A stretch of DNA of 60,076 nt, the filler included, from Chloroflexota bacterium (lineage in GTDB: Bacteria; Chloroflexota; Chloroflexia; QHBQ01): the NCBI GenBank assembly GCA_043754535.1. It is 2 parts of 2 records of this genome, joined end to end, with 100 filler letters (N's around TTAATTAATTAA, not from the genome) between each part and the next. Parts side by side here need not be neighbours in the genome. Positions count along the whole stretch, not along the records: positions 1 to 30,180 come from JAYUUN010000098.1; positions 30,281 to 60,076 come from JAYUUN010000099.1. One strand, 5' to 3'. Below are positions 26,402-39,400 of this stretch, in pieces; within the stretch, counting starts at the first letter, position 1; each line of letters begins with the position of its first letter. The notes below the pieces were generated by a model, which was not told the origin of the DNA, did no database searches, and saw nothing but the letters and a program-made list of their open reading frames with translations. Both the position numbers and the translations under genes were made by a program.

Positions 26402-27619
26402 ATGCTGGATACTAACCCGCTCTACGAGCAGCTATGGTCGGCGCAGGCCCGCAGTTGGGGCAACCGTACTGATTGGGGGACCACTCCGCGCACAGCTAGC
26501 ATGATCAGCCTGGCCTGGGGTCTCCCTGACCCAGCTACTTTCCCAGCTAACCAGCTAACCGCCGCTACCGAACTGGTGCTGCGCGACCATGCCGCTACTG
26601 CCCTGCAATATGGCAACGTGCAGGGCTATCGCCGCCTGATCGAGGTACTGTGCAAGAAGTTTAAGGATGATGAAGGGCTGACCGTCACGCCAGAGCAGGT
26701 GTTGATCACCAACGGCTCGTCGCACGCCCTCAGCCTGATCGCACGCGTGCTGCTTGACCCTGGCGACCCGATTGTGGTCGAAGCCCCCACCTTCGTTGGC
26801 GCAGTAAACACCTTCCTGCGCGCCCTGGCTGCCCCCTACGAGGTGCTGCTGGATGAGGAGGGAATTGGCTTTGCCGACCTGGATCGCACCCTCGGCCACT
26901 TGCAGGCGGAGGGCCGAGCTGCCAAGTTCATCTACACCATCCCCAGCTTCCAGAACCCCACTGGCCTTACCATGGCCTTCGCCCGCCGCCACGAGCTGCT
27001 CGACCTGGCGGTAGAACATGGTGCGCTGATCGTAGAGGACGATGCTTACCGCGACATCTGCTTTGAGGGCGAAGTGCCACCCTCGCTGTTCGCTATTGAT
27101 AGCACGGGCGACATTCGCGGCCACGTGATCCGCACCGGCACCTTCTCCAAGATACTGGCCGCCGGGTTGCGCCTGGGCTGGGTGGTCGCCCCAGCGGAGA
27201 TGATCGAGAAGCTAACTGCCTTCAAGGATGATGGTGGCACAAACCCCTTTGCCGCGCATGTGGCCGCCACCTTCGCCGAAGCGGGCGAACTGGCCTTGCA
27301 TATCACCGACCTGCGCCAGCACTATCGGCGCAAGCGCGACATCATGCTGCGGGCAATGCGGGCCTACTTCCCGCGTAGTGTGCAGTGGACTGAACCGACA
27401 GGCGGCTTCTTCATCTGGGTGACGCTGCCAGAGCGGGTAGACACCACTGCCCTCCAGCAAAGGGCCTGGGAGGAGGGGGTAGACTTCGTGCCAGGCGCAC
27501 GTTGCTTCGCCAGTGGGGAAGGTAGCCGCTACCTACGCCTCGCCTTCAGCTACAATACGCCCGACGAGATTGAGGAAGGGATCAAGCGGTTGGGCCGCAC
27601 CCTCGCCACTGTGCTGTAG
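26402..27619 (+). CDS. PLP-dependent aminotransferase (class I/II, LysN/ARO8-like)
   Basis: SLAWGLPDP, ALQYG, FQNPTG, VEDDAY, GTFSKILAAGLRLGW, GGFFIW and LRLAFS. Confidence 0.92.
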   Translation: MLDTNPLYEQLWSAQARSWGNRTDWGTTPRTASMISLAWGLPDPATFPANQLTAATELVLRDHAATALQYGNVQGYRRLIEVLCKKFKDDEGLTVTPEQVLITNGSSHALSLIARVLLDPGDPIVVEAPTFVGAVNTFLRALAAPYEVLLDEEGIGFADLDRTLGHLQAEGRAAKFIYTIPSFQNPTGLTMAFARRHELLDLAVEHGALIVEDDAYRDICFEGEVPPSLFAIDSTGDIRGHVIRTGTFSKILAAGLRLGWVVAPAEMIEKLTAFKDDGGTNPFAAHVAATFAEAGELALHITDLRQHYRRKRDIMLRAMRAYFPRSVQWTEPTGGFFIWVTLPERVDTTALQQRAWEEGVDFVPGARCFASGEGSRYLRLAFSYNTPDEIEEGIKRLGRTLATVL

Positions 27620-27765
27620 CGATGCTAGTTTGAGCGGCGCAAAACGTAGTACATCTGGGCCAAAGTAGGTTATAATAAGCGACAGCGAAGACCCCTGTGC
27701 CAAATGTACCATCACCGACTGCTAGCCTATTGCGCTGTTCGTTGGTCATAATAGAAGGTAGATAG

Positions 27766-28326
27766 ATGTATACACAAGAAGCTGGTCACTGTTGCCTGAA
27801 TGTTGGCGTGTTCGTGGATGTGTCCAACCTCTTTTACTCGGCCAAGAGTTTTGGTGTGGAGGTCAACTATTGCCGCCTGCTAGATTACGCGGTGCGTAAT
27901 CGCAACCTGATCCGCGCCTACTCCTACACTGGCATTGACCCAGACAACCCCAACCAGCGCAAGTTCATTGACTTTCTTTGCGCCAACGGCTACAAGGTAA
28001 TTTGCAAGGACATCCACAAGTATGATAGCGGGCGGGTCAAGGCTAATCTGGACATCGAAATGGCGGTGGACATCCTCACTATGTCCGACAACCTAGACGT
28101 GGTGGTGTTGGTTAGCGGCGACGGTGACTTTGTGCGCCTGGTGCAGGCAGTGCAGAGCAAGGGAGTGCGCTTTGAGCTAATCAGCTTCCGCTCTAGTACA
28201 GCCAACGACCTGATCGCGGCGGCGGATCACTTCACCGAGATCACGACTATCCCCGAAATCTTCCGCAACTACCCCGTCAACTGGGTGCCAGCCCAGCCGC
28301 CAGTGAACAATGAGCCTCGTTACTAA
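27766..28326 (+). CDS. NYN-domain (LabA/DUF88) protein
   Basis: VFVDVSNL, KANLDIEMAVD, LVSGDGDF and LIAAADHF. Confidence 0.92.
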   Translation: MYTQEAGHCCLNVGVFVDVSNLFYSAKSFGVEVNYCRLLDYAVRNRNLIRAYSYTGIDPDNPNQRKFIDFLCANGYKVICKDIHKYDSGRVKANLDIEMAVDILTMSDNLDVVVLVSGDGDFVRLVQAVQSKGVRFELISFRSSTANDLIAAADHFTEITTIPEIFRNYPVNWVPAQPPVNNEPRY

Positions 28327-29461
28327 CCCCCGCCTGCAACCCGTGATCCTCACTGCCCGCGACGCTGGCCGCTGGGACAGCTTTGTGCGCGAGCAAGGCG
28401 GCAGCGTGCTACAGTCCTCCGGTTGGGCCGAACTCAAGCAGCAGCACGGCTGGCGACCGCTTATGCTCGCCCTGACTGACCCTCCCGCTGCTAACGACGG
28501 TGGGAGGATCAGGGCGGCGGCATTGCTGCTACTACGGCGAGTGGGGCCGTTCAGCGTAGCCTACATCCCGCGTGGGCCAGTAGTAGATTGGGGAGACTTT
28601 GGGCTGGTGCGCCAGTTGTTCAAGCAGGTACACGCGGTCGCCCGCCGCCACCGGGCTATCGCTCTGACCCTTGAACCGAACGTGGCGGAGGCTGCAACGA
28701 TGCAGCAGCGATTGACTGCTCTCGGCTTCAGCCCCTCGCCGCCGCTCCAGCCACGCAACACAATCGCGGTAGACATATCGGCCAAAGCTGAGGCAGTGCT
28801 AGCAGCGATGAAGCCTAAGACGCGCTACAACATCCGCCTCGCGGCCAAGCGTGGGGTACAGGTGCGCCAGGCTACTACAGAAGCTGACTTGGATGGCTTC
28901 TACGCTCTGATGCAAGAGACGGCTAGCCGTGACAGTTTCGGCATTCACGCCCTAGAGTACTACCGCGACTGCTTCCGCATCTTCGGGCCGGGGGGCAGCG
29001 GTGATTGTGGCCTCTTTCTTGCTCACCTGCCCACTGAGGGTGATGCGCCAATAGCGGGGCTGCTCGCCTTCGCTCTGCCGCCCGAAGGCATTTATATGTA
29101 CGGCGCAAGTGGCGAACGCGGGCGAGCCGCCATGCCCAACCACCTGTTGCAGTGGGAGGCGATCCAGTGGTGCAAGGGGCGCAGTTGTACCCGCTATGAT
29201 ATGTGGGGGGTGCCAGCCAACATCGTTGCTGCCGAAGCCGCCCACGCTGGCGACGAGGAGCAGAACGTGCGCGACGGCTTGTGGGGGGTCTACCGCTTCA
29301 AGCAAGGCTTCGGCGGCCAACTCTACACCTTCGTCGGAGCGTGGGACTACGACTACTTCGCGCCGCTGGCAAGGCTCTACCGCAGCAGGCGGCCCCAGGA
29401 GTTAGTAGCTTGTAGTCGATACTTTGTGCATCTGCAATCTACACTTAGGAGCTTAGCAACC
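28310..29461 (+). CDS. FemABX-family lipid II peptidyltransferase (FemX-like); no in-frame stop before the next gene
   Basis: LQSSGWAELK, AYIPRGPV, MKPKTRYNIRLA, YMYGAS, LLQWEAI, YDMWG and GVYRFKQGFGG. The end coordinate is approximate because the frame stays open. Confidence 0.85.
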
Positions 29462-30180
29462 ATGACCGAGCAACCGAAGCAGAACCCGAACATTGCCGAC
29501 CAGTCCACCGGCCCTGGCGCACAGGCTAGCAAGGCCACTGAGGCTGGCAACTTCCAGACGATGGCCGACCTTGACTTCCGCGAACCGACAACCCAGGCCG
29601 ATAGCAGCGCAGCGGTGGCCGCTCCCCTTGCTAGCCACCAGGTGGCAGTGATGCTCAAGCTGGCTGCCCCGCACGGTAGTGAGCGGCTGCTGGATATCGC
29701 CACCGAGCATGGGCGAGCGGCAGCCGCCTTTGCGCCGAAGGTGGCCGAGGTGATCGCTGTTGATCGCGACCCCGCAGCGGAGGCAGAGGTGCAGCAGGTG
29801 GCGGGTGGCGGCCACATCTACTTCCAACAGGCTGAGGCCGATGACCTGCCCTTCGACGCAGCGGAGTTCGACCTGGTGACCATCCACCGCCCCCTGCACA
29901 AGTTTGGCAGCGACTTGCTGGCTGTGCTAAAGGAGGCTCGCCGCGTTCTCCGCACGCCCAACGGCCAGTTGCTCGTCTTCGACGTGGTACGGCGCGGGGA
30001 AGATAATTCGAACACGCGGGGGGTGGATGCCAGCCCAGTGAGCGAGCCAAGCAGCGGCGCAGGTGAGAGCGATGCCGCCGTCGCTAGCTACACCGCCGAG
30101 CAACTAAAGACCCTGCTGAGCGATGCCGACCTGTTCGCGGTCGCGCAGGAGCAGCTAACCCGTCCTGGGATGCCAGAGGA
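29462..30180 (+). CDS. Class I SAM-dependent methyltransferase-like protein, cut by the assembly gap
   Basis: Own AGGAG RBS before ATG 29462; LLDIATEHG, VIAVD, AEADDLPFDAAEFDLVT and LKEARRVLR. Confidence 0.7.
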
Positions 30181-30280
30181 NNNNNNNNNNNNNNNNNNNN
30201 NNNNNNNNNNNNNNNNNNNNNNNNTTAATTAATTAANNNNNNNNNNNNNNNNNNNNNNNNNNNNNNNNNNNNNNNNNNNN
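30181..30280. other. Artificial assembly spacer (44 N + TTAATTAATTAA + 44 N)
   Basis: Symmetric N runs around a 12-mer that has stops in all six frames. Confidence 0.97.
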
Positions 30281-30436
30281 GGTACACCAGTGGCAGTCAC
30301 CCCCATCGTAGTCACCCCCATCGTAGTAGACCAATACAGGGAACTGGTTTCGCCAGTGGTGGCTACCCCACAGCAGTGACTGCATAGGGTATAATTAGAG
30401 AAGTTCACGATTTCAAAGGCGGAAGGATGCAGTGCG

Positions 30437-33400
30437 ATGCTAACCGAAGACGAGCGCAAGCAAACGAGGCCACAAGCTGGCGAAGAAGATAGCTATGAGA
30501 GCAACGGTAATGGCAACGGCAATGATGCCGCCGTTCGCCCTGCCGGTCGTAGCCGCAGCACCCGCCGCAGCCGCAAGCTGGGTGGCATTCTTGTGGGACG
30601 CACCCGCAGCCACGTGCTGGACGCGCAACTAGACCGCCTGCTCCACCTGCTTTCTGCCCTCGGCCCAGAGTTGATCCCGATCAGTGAGGTGGATGTCCTC
30701 TGCACTCGTGCTGCCCAGATGATCGCCAAAGGCACGGGCGCAGGGGTGGTAATCTGGCGGGTCAGCCCCAGCCGCCAGGAGTATGAGAAGCTACTACCGG
30801 CTAGCGAGCGTCGCTTCATCGCCGCTGGGCTGCACGGCCTCAGCGACCGCCTCTTTACCGCCGTCAATGTGTCGGTGCGCGAGACGGCCAGCGCAGTGCT
30901 TGAGAGCGAGGGTGAAGCGGGCCGTGAACCGAAGGGCGAGTTCCACCTGCCGACTGTAGCCTCCTGGTACCAGGGCGCACCAGCCCTGCTACCCAGCTTG
31001 AGCGTACTCACCCCCGCCGCCGATGCCGCAGTGGGCGAGACATTGCGGGCCGAGGGGATCGGCACGATCTATTCGCTGCCGCTGCTCAGTGGGCGGCGCA
31101 AGCTCGGCACCCTTGACCTCTATTACAAGGGCGAACATGAGTTCACCCCCGGCGAGCAGGAATTGCTCGAAGCGATAGCCTACCAGACCGCGAATAGTAT
31201 GGAGTACTCCTCCTACCAGGAGCAGGCGGGCCGCAAGACGGCGGAAGCCCTGCTGCTGCGCGAAGTAAGCCAGATGATCAACCGTAGCCTCGAACTGGGC
31301 GATACCCTCGATGCGATCCTGATCTCCGTACGCCGCTTGATGTACTACGATGCTGCCGAGATCAGCCTGATGAACCCCGATGGCAAGGCTCTGACCAGGG
31401 TTGTGGCCCACAACCTCAGCGGCCTAACAGCGGACAGTCGGGATGCCCACCGCCTCTACCCACTGGATGGCCCTAGCATTACCGCCCAGATCGTTGCCAG
31501 TCGCCACCCCTTGCTCCTGGGTGGTCCCGCCGACGAGGAGTACCTGCTCAAGCTCGGCTACTCCGCCCAGAGCGAACCGCTGCGCTCCTACGTCGGCCTG
31601 CCGCTGCTGCTTGGTGATACGGTTGTCGGCGCACTGGAACTGGGTAGCGTGCGCGCTCGTGCTTTTACTGAAGATGACGTGCGTATCCTCGGCAACATTG
31701 CCGAGCAAGCCGCCACCGCCATCGAAAACGCTCGCCTGCACGAGAACGAAACCCAGCGTAACCGCGAATTGGGCCTCTTGCAAGAGATTAGCCGCAATAT
31801 CAACGCCAGCCTAGACCTCAATGAGACGCTCAAGACGGTGCTAACTAGCCTGAGCCGCCTGATCACCTCTTATGCCGGGGAAGTAACCATCTACGACAGC
31901 ACCCGCAATGTGCTTGTTTCGCACATCACCACTGGCACCACCAGCGAGGATAACCTGAGTGCCGAATACGCACTGGATGCGCCAACTTATTCTGGCTGGT
32001 TGGGCCGCAACCTCAAACCGCTGCTGATCCGCAAACCCAGTGAGCGGGCGCAGTACGGGATCGTCTCAACTAGCTCGGTGCGCTCATTCATCGGCGCGCC
32101 CATGTTGATCGGCAATCGGCTGGTTGGTACCCTGGAGGTGTCCAGTGAGGTTGACAATACTTATGACGAGAGCGACCTTAACCTGCTGCAAGTGGTGGCT
32201 AGCCAGGCCGCCAGCGCGGTTGAGAATGCCCAACTCTACGAGCGAACGGACGAACGCCTGACTCGCCGCTTGAGCGAACTGACCGTCTTGCAGCGCATTG
32301 GTGAGGAGATGAACTCTACCTTCGACCTCAACGAAATCTTCCAACTGGTGGCAACCGAGGCTGCCCAGGCAACTGGCGCAATGTTTACGATCATTAGCGA
32401 GGTTGACGCAGATAACCAGCTGGTCTTCATCCGCTCCTTCTTCGGCGACCTACCTGTGCCGAAAGGGACATCTGTTGGCATACCTATGAAGGAGGGGCTG
32501 ATCGGGCGGTCACTGGAGATCAGAGGGCCGGTGCTGGTTGACGATGTGCGGCGAGACCCTGACTATCTGGAGTTCATGCCTGAAGTGCGCTCTGAACTGA
32601 TCGTGCCAATTAACTACGTGGATGAGGTGGTTGGCTTTATTGACCTTAACAGTAGCGAAGTCAGTGCCTTCGACATTGAACACGTCCATTTTATCGAAGC
32701 TCTGGCGAACCAGGCGGCTATCGCCATTGGCAACGCCAAAGTCTACCAGGAGCAGATGCGCCAGAGCGAACTGCTCGGCCTACGCGCTAACCAGCTAAAC
32801 CAGGTCTTGGAGATCGGCAACTCGATCACCCCCGACCGCGACCTCGACGACCTGATGGATCAGGTCGCCAACGCCATCTCGGACACCATCGGCTTCCGCA
32901 TGGTGTTGGTTAGCCTGGTTGAGGGTGAGGAGGGTAGCTACTTCATGCGTCGGGTTGCCAGTGCTGGTGTGCCAGTGGTGGTCTTTGAGCAGCAGCGGCG
33001 CAGAACAGTGCCGGTAGAGGAGACGCTCCGCAGCTACCAGGAACGATTCCGCATCAGCCGCTCCTACTTCCTGCCCTTTGAGGATCAGGGCGATCTGCTC
33101 TCCACCACATCTAGCACTGTCACCTTGATGGACACCAGCCACTCCTACAAGGCGGGTAGCTGGCAGCCTGAAGACGCACTTTTCGTCCCACTCTACAGCA
33201 CTACTGGCGACCTGCTCGGCCAGATTTCAGTGGATGACCCCCTCAGCGGCCAGCGGCCCAGCCGCTCGATGGTTGAAGCCCTCGAAGTGTTTGCCAACCA
33301 GGCGGCCAACGCAGTTGAGAATGCCCAACTGTTCCGCCGTTACAGCGAACGGATCACCGAACTGAACGCCTTGAGTTCGATTGGCCGCGACCTGGCCGCC

Positions 33401-36400
33401 CAACTTGATAGCGACGCGATGGCCGAAGCAGTCTACCGCAGCCTGACCCCGATCATGCCGATTGATGCCTTCCATATTGCCTTGCAAGAGGGCGATAAGA
33501 TGCGGACAGTGCTGGCAGTAGACATGGGTGAGCGAGTCCTCATGCCCCCACTGCCGATTACCGGGACGCTCAGTGAAGCGGTGCTGCACGACGGTGAGGC
33601 GGTGGTGATCAACAGCCAAAATGATGAGGTTATAGAATCGACAGTACTGGTCGGCAGCCTGACCCGCCCACGCTCCTGGCTTGGGGTGCCACTGCGGGTA
33701 GGCGACAAGACGCTTGGTGTCCTCTCTGTCCAGCAGTATGGCAACTATGCCTACACCAACCGTGATGTACAACTGTTGACCACTATTGCTAATCAGCTAG
33801 CCACCGCCCTGGACAATGCTACCCTCTTTGAGCGCAACCGCCAGCGGGTGGGCGACCTCGCCCAACTAAACGAGATCGGCAGCGATCTCTCTGCTGCCCG
33901 CGATGAAGCCCGCCTCTACGAACTAGCCCACAGTAGCGCGATCAAGCTGTTCAACGCCGATGCGTTCATGGTCTTGCGCTACGAGCAGGGGAGTGGTACC
34001 CTTACCCCCTCCTTCGTCCGCCGCGCCCAGGACGAGAGTGATAGCTCACCCCAGCCACATAGCCTAGAAATGGAACTGGCGGGGGTTACCCTGCGAACCC
34101 GCCGCTCTCTACTGATCGGCAACGTGACCAACCCAGAGGAACTGCCCCTCGGTCTTAGTGGTGAGCAAACACCGGACAGCGACATGATCCCCTGCTCCTG
34201 GCTCAGTGTTCCTCTACTCAGTGGCAACGAGGTACTTGGCATCCTTGTCTTGCAGGCAAGCGCAGCCGACAGCTTCACCACCGAGCAGGTGACGTTGCTC
34301 ACCCTGTTTGTCAATCAATTTACTACTGCCCTGGAGAATGCCTTCCTCTTTGAGCGCGACCAGCAGCGCATCAGCAACCTGGGCATCCTCAACCAGGTGG
34401 CCCAAGAGATCACTGCCAACCTCAATGTGAGCCAAATCCACAGCCTGCTGTACAAGGACACCCAGTTGCTCTTTGGTAACGACTCGCTGTCAGTTGCCTT
34501 CTACGAGCAGGGCAGTGACAAGATCGATATGGTCTACGTTCACGAGCGGCTAGGTGATACCATCACCCCACCTTACAAGGCTAGCTTGCATAAGTCGATC
34601 AGCGGTCTGGTGATCAAAAGTGGTGAGCCGCTGTTGATCGGCGACTCGGAGGATCCAGAGCAGAATCCAATGTTCGGCATCAACGCACGAGTGGGGCCGA
34701 AGGAGAAGCGTACCCGTAGCTGGATGGGCGTTCCCCTGTTCCGTGGCGGGTTGGTGATCGGCATGATCAACGTGCAAGCCTATAAGGTCAACGCTTTTAA
34801 TCAAGAGCAACTGACCCTACTCAGTACCCTGGCGAACCAGGTAGCGACTGCCTTGCAGAACGCCAGCCTCTTTGAACGCAACGAGCGGCGCATCGCCGAA
34901 CTGGACTCGCTCAACAACCTTAGCCGCATCTTGACGACCAAGCTGGACGCGAAAGATGTGGCCCAGGCCGTCTATGAGCAACTTAATGGTTCGGTGCCAG
35001 TGGACTTCTACGCCCTCTCCCTCTACGATGAGCAGGCCGGCACGATCATGCCCGTGCTGGTGCTAGATGATGGTAAGGAAGTAGACTCCCCGCCTATGCC
35101 GTTGAGCAACCGCGTCACTGGCTACGTGATCCGCACCCGCCAATCGCTGATGATTGGTGATGTGGAGAACGATGTGCTGCCGCCCAACCTCGAAGTGGTG
35201 CATCTTGGGGGTGAGAAGGCTAGCCGTGCCTGGATCGGTGTGCCACTACTGATCGGTGAGCGGGTGCTGGGTACCCTGAGCGTGCAATCCTACCAACCAA
35301 ACGTCTACAGCCAGAGTGACCTTAACTTCGTCAACACCGTTGCTAGCCAGACCGCTATTGCTCTTGAGAACGTTAGCCTCTTTGCCCAATCGCAGCTGCG
35401 GATCGACGAACTGGACTCGCTCAACGAACTAAGCCGGATGCTGGCCGCCAGCATGCACATTGATGCGGTAGCTGTCCTGGTCTACGAACACATGAAGCGG
35501 TTTATGGACTTTGACATCTTCATGATGGGTTTGTTTGATGATGCGCGCAATGAGATTAGCTGGCCCTTCGCCCTGGAACAGGGTGAGCGCATGGAAGCCC
35601 CTTCGATTGCTCTCGGCGAAGGGATCAGTTCGTGGGTGATCGAGAACGAACGGCCACTGGTAATCGGCGATCTTGAGAATGCCAATGGCCTGGCCGCCAC
35701 CCTGATCCCCATTCAATATGGTAGCCCCCAGGCCACCCGCTCGTGGGCAGGGGTGCCGATGATGGTCGGGCGGCGAGTGATCGGCATCCTCAGCCTGCAA
35801 AGCTACAAGCCCAACCAATATGACGAAGGCAACATCCGCCCGCTGCTCAGTGTAGCAAACCAGGCGGCTATCGCCATCGAGAACGCTCGCTTGTTCAACC
35901 AGCGCGAACGCAAAATCGCTGAACTTGCAACCATCAACCAGATGGCTCAGGAGATCAGTTCTTCGCTGCAAATTGACGAACTGTTGCAGGTGATCTACAA
36001 CCAGGTGACGCAGGTGATCAGCACCCGCAACTTCTTCATTGCCCTCTATGAGGAGAAGCGGCAGGAGATTCAGTTCCGCTTCATGCGTGAGCATGGGCGG
36101 CCCGTTCCCCGCGCCCCACGCAGGCTCGGCCCTGGCTTTGTCTCCCAGATCATCGAGACCCGCCAACCGCTGCTGATTAACTACGATACTGCCCGCTACG
36201 CTGCCGAGCATGGCTGGGATCACATCGGTGACGCAGCCAAGAGTTGGCTGGGCGTGCCGATGGTGCTGGGCGACCGCGTGTTGGGCGTGATCGCGGTGCA
36301 GAGCTACGAGGTAGAGAACATCTACACTGACGACGACCAGGCACTGCTCAGTACAGTTGGTAGCCAGGCAGCTATTGCTATCCAGAATGCTCACCTGTTT

Positions 36401-39400
36401 GACGAGGCTAGCCGCCGGATCATGATGCTGAACGCCCTCAACGAGATCGGGCGCGTCCTCGGCGCAGTGCTGGACGAGGAGGCGGTGTTCCAAAAGATTT
36501 ACGAACACGTGAGCCGCTTCTTCGACCTTTCTTCCTTCTATATCGCCCTCTACAAGCGCGAGGAAGGGGTGATCGTCTACCCCTTCATGGTCGAAGACGA
36601 AGTGCGGATTGAGAGTGAGGGGCAGACTACGGTGCTAGGCGAAGGGCTGGCGAGCTATGTGATCGCCAACCGCCGCCCTCTGTTGATTGACGACCTTGTT
36701 TCGATGAATGACCAGTATGAGAGCTATCATGCCGCCCGCACTGGTACGCACGACGAACGCTCCTGGATGGGGGTGCCAATGTTCCTCGGTGGCGAGGTGA
36801 TCGGCTTGATTTCTGTGCAGAGCCGCAACATTGGGGCTTACAACCAGGAGGACTTGCAAGCTCTCGGCACCCTGGCCGGACAGGCAGCGGTGGCAATCCG
36901 CAACGCCAGCCTGTTTGACGAAATCCGCAAACTCAACTCCACCCTCGAAAGCACAGTAGCCGAACGCACCGAAGCCCTGGCCCGCTCCAACTCGCAACTC
37001 ACTCAGGAGAAGGATCGCCTGAGCCACCTCTACAATATCAGCCACCAACTCAGCACCAATCTAGACCTGGAAGACATCCTCAATCGCGGGTTGCGGCTGG
37101 TTTCTGACGCGGTGGGGGCTACGCGTGGGTCGATCATGGTGGTCGACCCAGCCAACAACTATCTCGTCTATCGCGCTTCGCTCGGCGGGCGGCGAGTGCC
37201 AGCGGGCGGCAAGCAAACCCCCTGGAAGATAGGTGAGGGTCTCTCTGGCTGGGCAGTACAGAGCCGCACCAACGTGCTGCTGTCCGATGTGCGTGACGAT
37301 GCGCGCTGGGACAGGCTGACTGGTTGGGGCGACGATGTACGCAGCTTCATGGCCGTACCGCTGGTCACTGGTTCAGATGTCTATGGCGTGATCAACCTTA
37401 GCCACCAGGATGTGGCTTACTTCAGTGAGGATCAACTGCGCCTGGTTAGCACGGTAGCCACCGAGATGGCGATTGCCATGCACAATGCCGAACTCTACAA
37501 CCTGATCAGCGAACAGGCCGACCAATTGGCGGGTAACCTGCTGGTGCAAGAGCAGGAGACCTCCAAGACGCGGGCGATCCTGGAGAGTATCGTGGATGGT
37601 GTGCTAGTGTTCGACCGCAACAACACGATCAGCCTGGTCAACCCTGCCGCCGAGCAAATACTTGGCGTGCCAGCTAGCCAGTTGGTTGGCAAGCAAGTCC
37701 CCGACGACCTGCGTGAGATCACCAACGCCAGCCCCGAACTGCTAGACTTGGTGACGAGCGTGATTCGGTCGGCGGGCGAAGGAACTGGCGGCCAAACCAA
37801 CCTCAGCCGCCGCCGCTTCAACCTCAGCGAACGGATCGTCAACGTAAACATCTCTCCAGTCACCGCCAGCAGCAGTGACACGATGGGTATCGTAGCCGTC
37901 TTGCGCGACATAACCCGTGAGGCAGAGGTGGAGATGGAGAAGTCGCACTTCGTCTCTACGGTTTCGCACGAACTCCGCACCCCGATGACCGTAATCAAGG
38001 GTAACACAGACCTGCTGCTGATGGGTGCCGCTGGAGTTCTCAGCCCCATGCAGCAGAACATCATGCTGGCGGTCAAGCGCAATGCCGAGCGGATGAAGAC
38101 GCTGACCGATGACTTGCTGATGGTCAGCCGCATCGAGACGGGCAAGATCGCCCAGTCTATTGACACCAAGTATTACGAGGCAGCCGAGATCGTGGAGTCC
38201 ACTGCCAGCAACCTGCGTGGACTGGCTGAGGCTAAGGGCCAGAACCTCAGTGTGGATGTGCAGCCCAACCTGCCAGAAGTCAAGGTTGACCGCGCCCGCA
38301 TCGAGCAGGTGCTGACCAACCTGCTCACCAATGCCGTCAAGTATACACCGAACAACGGCCAAATCCGCGTGCGCTGCCTCCTTGGTAGTAATGGTCGCTC
38401 GGTGCAAGTGGACGTGCAGGACAACGGCATTGGCATCTCGGAGAAGGACCAAGAGAAGCTGTTCACCTCATTCTTCCGCACCGACAACCAACAAGCCCGC
38501 ATCCAAGAGGGTACCGGCCTGGGGCTGGTGATCGCCAAGAACCTGGTCGAGATTCAGGGTGGACAGATGTGGTTGGATAGCACCCTGGGTGCAGGGACGA
38601 CCTTCCACTTCACTATGCCTGCCTTCGTCGAGACGCTGCCTAACAGCCAAATCGAGCCTCCGTTTGAAGTCGCAGCACGGCAGGGTAACAAGAAGGCTCG
38701 CATCCTGGTGGTGGACGACGACCCAAGCGTGACCGACCGCCTGGCCGCTGCCCTGGAAGGCGCAGGCTACGAAGTGTTCAAAGCATATAGCGGGCGTGGG
38801 GCCATCGAGATTGCCGCCCAGGAGTTGCCCGATCTGATCACAATGGACATCATCATGCCGCAGATGGACGGCTTCGAGACGATGCGCGCCCTCAGCGAAG
38901 ACCCCAACTCGGCTGGTATCCCAGTGGTGATCGTCAGCCTGGTGAGCGAACATGAGGAAGGATTCGCCCTCGGCGCAGTGGACTTCCTGCCCAAGCCTGT
39001 TGATCAGGCCACCCTGCTCCGTAGCATCGAGCGGGTTCTTATCCATCCCAGTGCCGACAATCCTGGCCGCGTGCTGATCATTGATGACGAGCGTGACGTA
39101 GTAGAGGGTCTTGAAGTAGCTCTGCGGAGCTACGGCTTCGATGTTACGGTTGCCTTCAGTGGTGAGGACGGCCTACGTCGGGTTGCCCAGCGGCGGCCCG
39201 ATGTGATTTTGCTGGATGTGCGGATGCCAGGCGTGGGCGGCACCCAGGTTTTGGAGACGCTTAAGCACGACGAAAGCACCCGTAACATCCCGGTGATAAT
39301 GCTTACCGCCAGCGTGCCGCTCGCCGATGCCCGCGTGCATATGCTCAAGCTGGGGGCCGAGGAACTGCTGACTAAACCATTCTCCGTCGGCCAGATCGTA

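Noticed and set aside
30225..30236. Palindromic TTAATTAATTAA inside the N run
   Set aside because: It is a six-frame-stop linker added during assembly, so it is not biological. Adjacency across the gap is unproven, and ORF-track ends at 30229/30232 are artefacts.
30281..30390. 15-bp tandem repeat AGTCACCCCCATCGT x2 and an open frame after the gap
   Set aside because: Too short and cut by the gap. The frame and the parent gene cannot be assigned.
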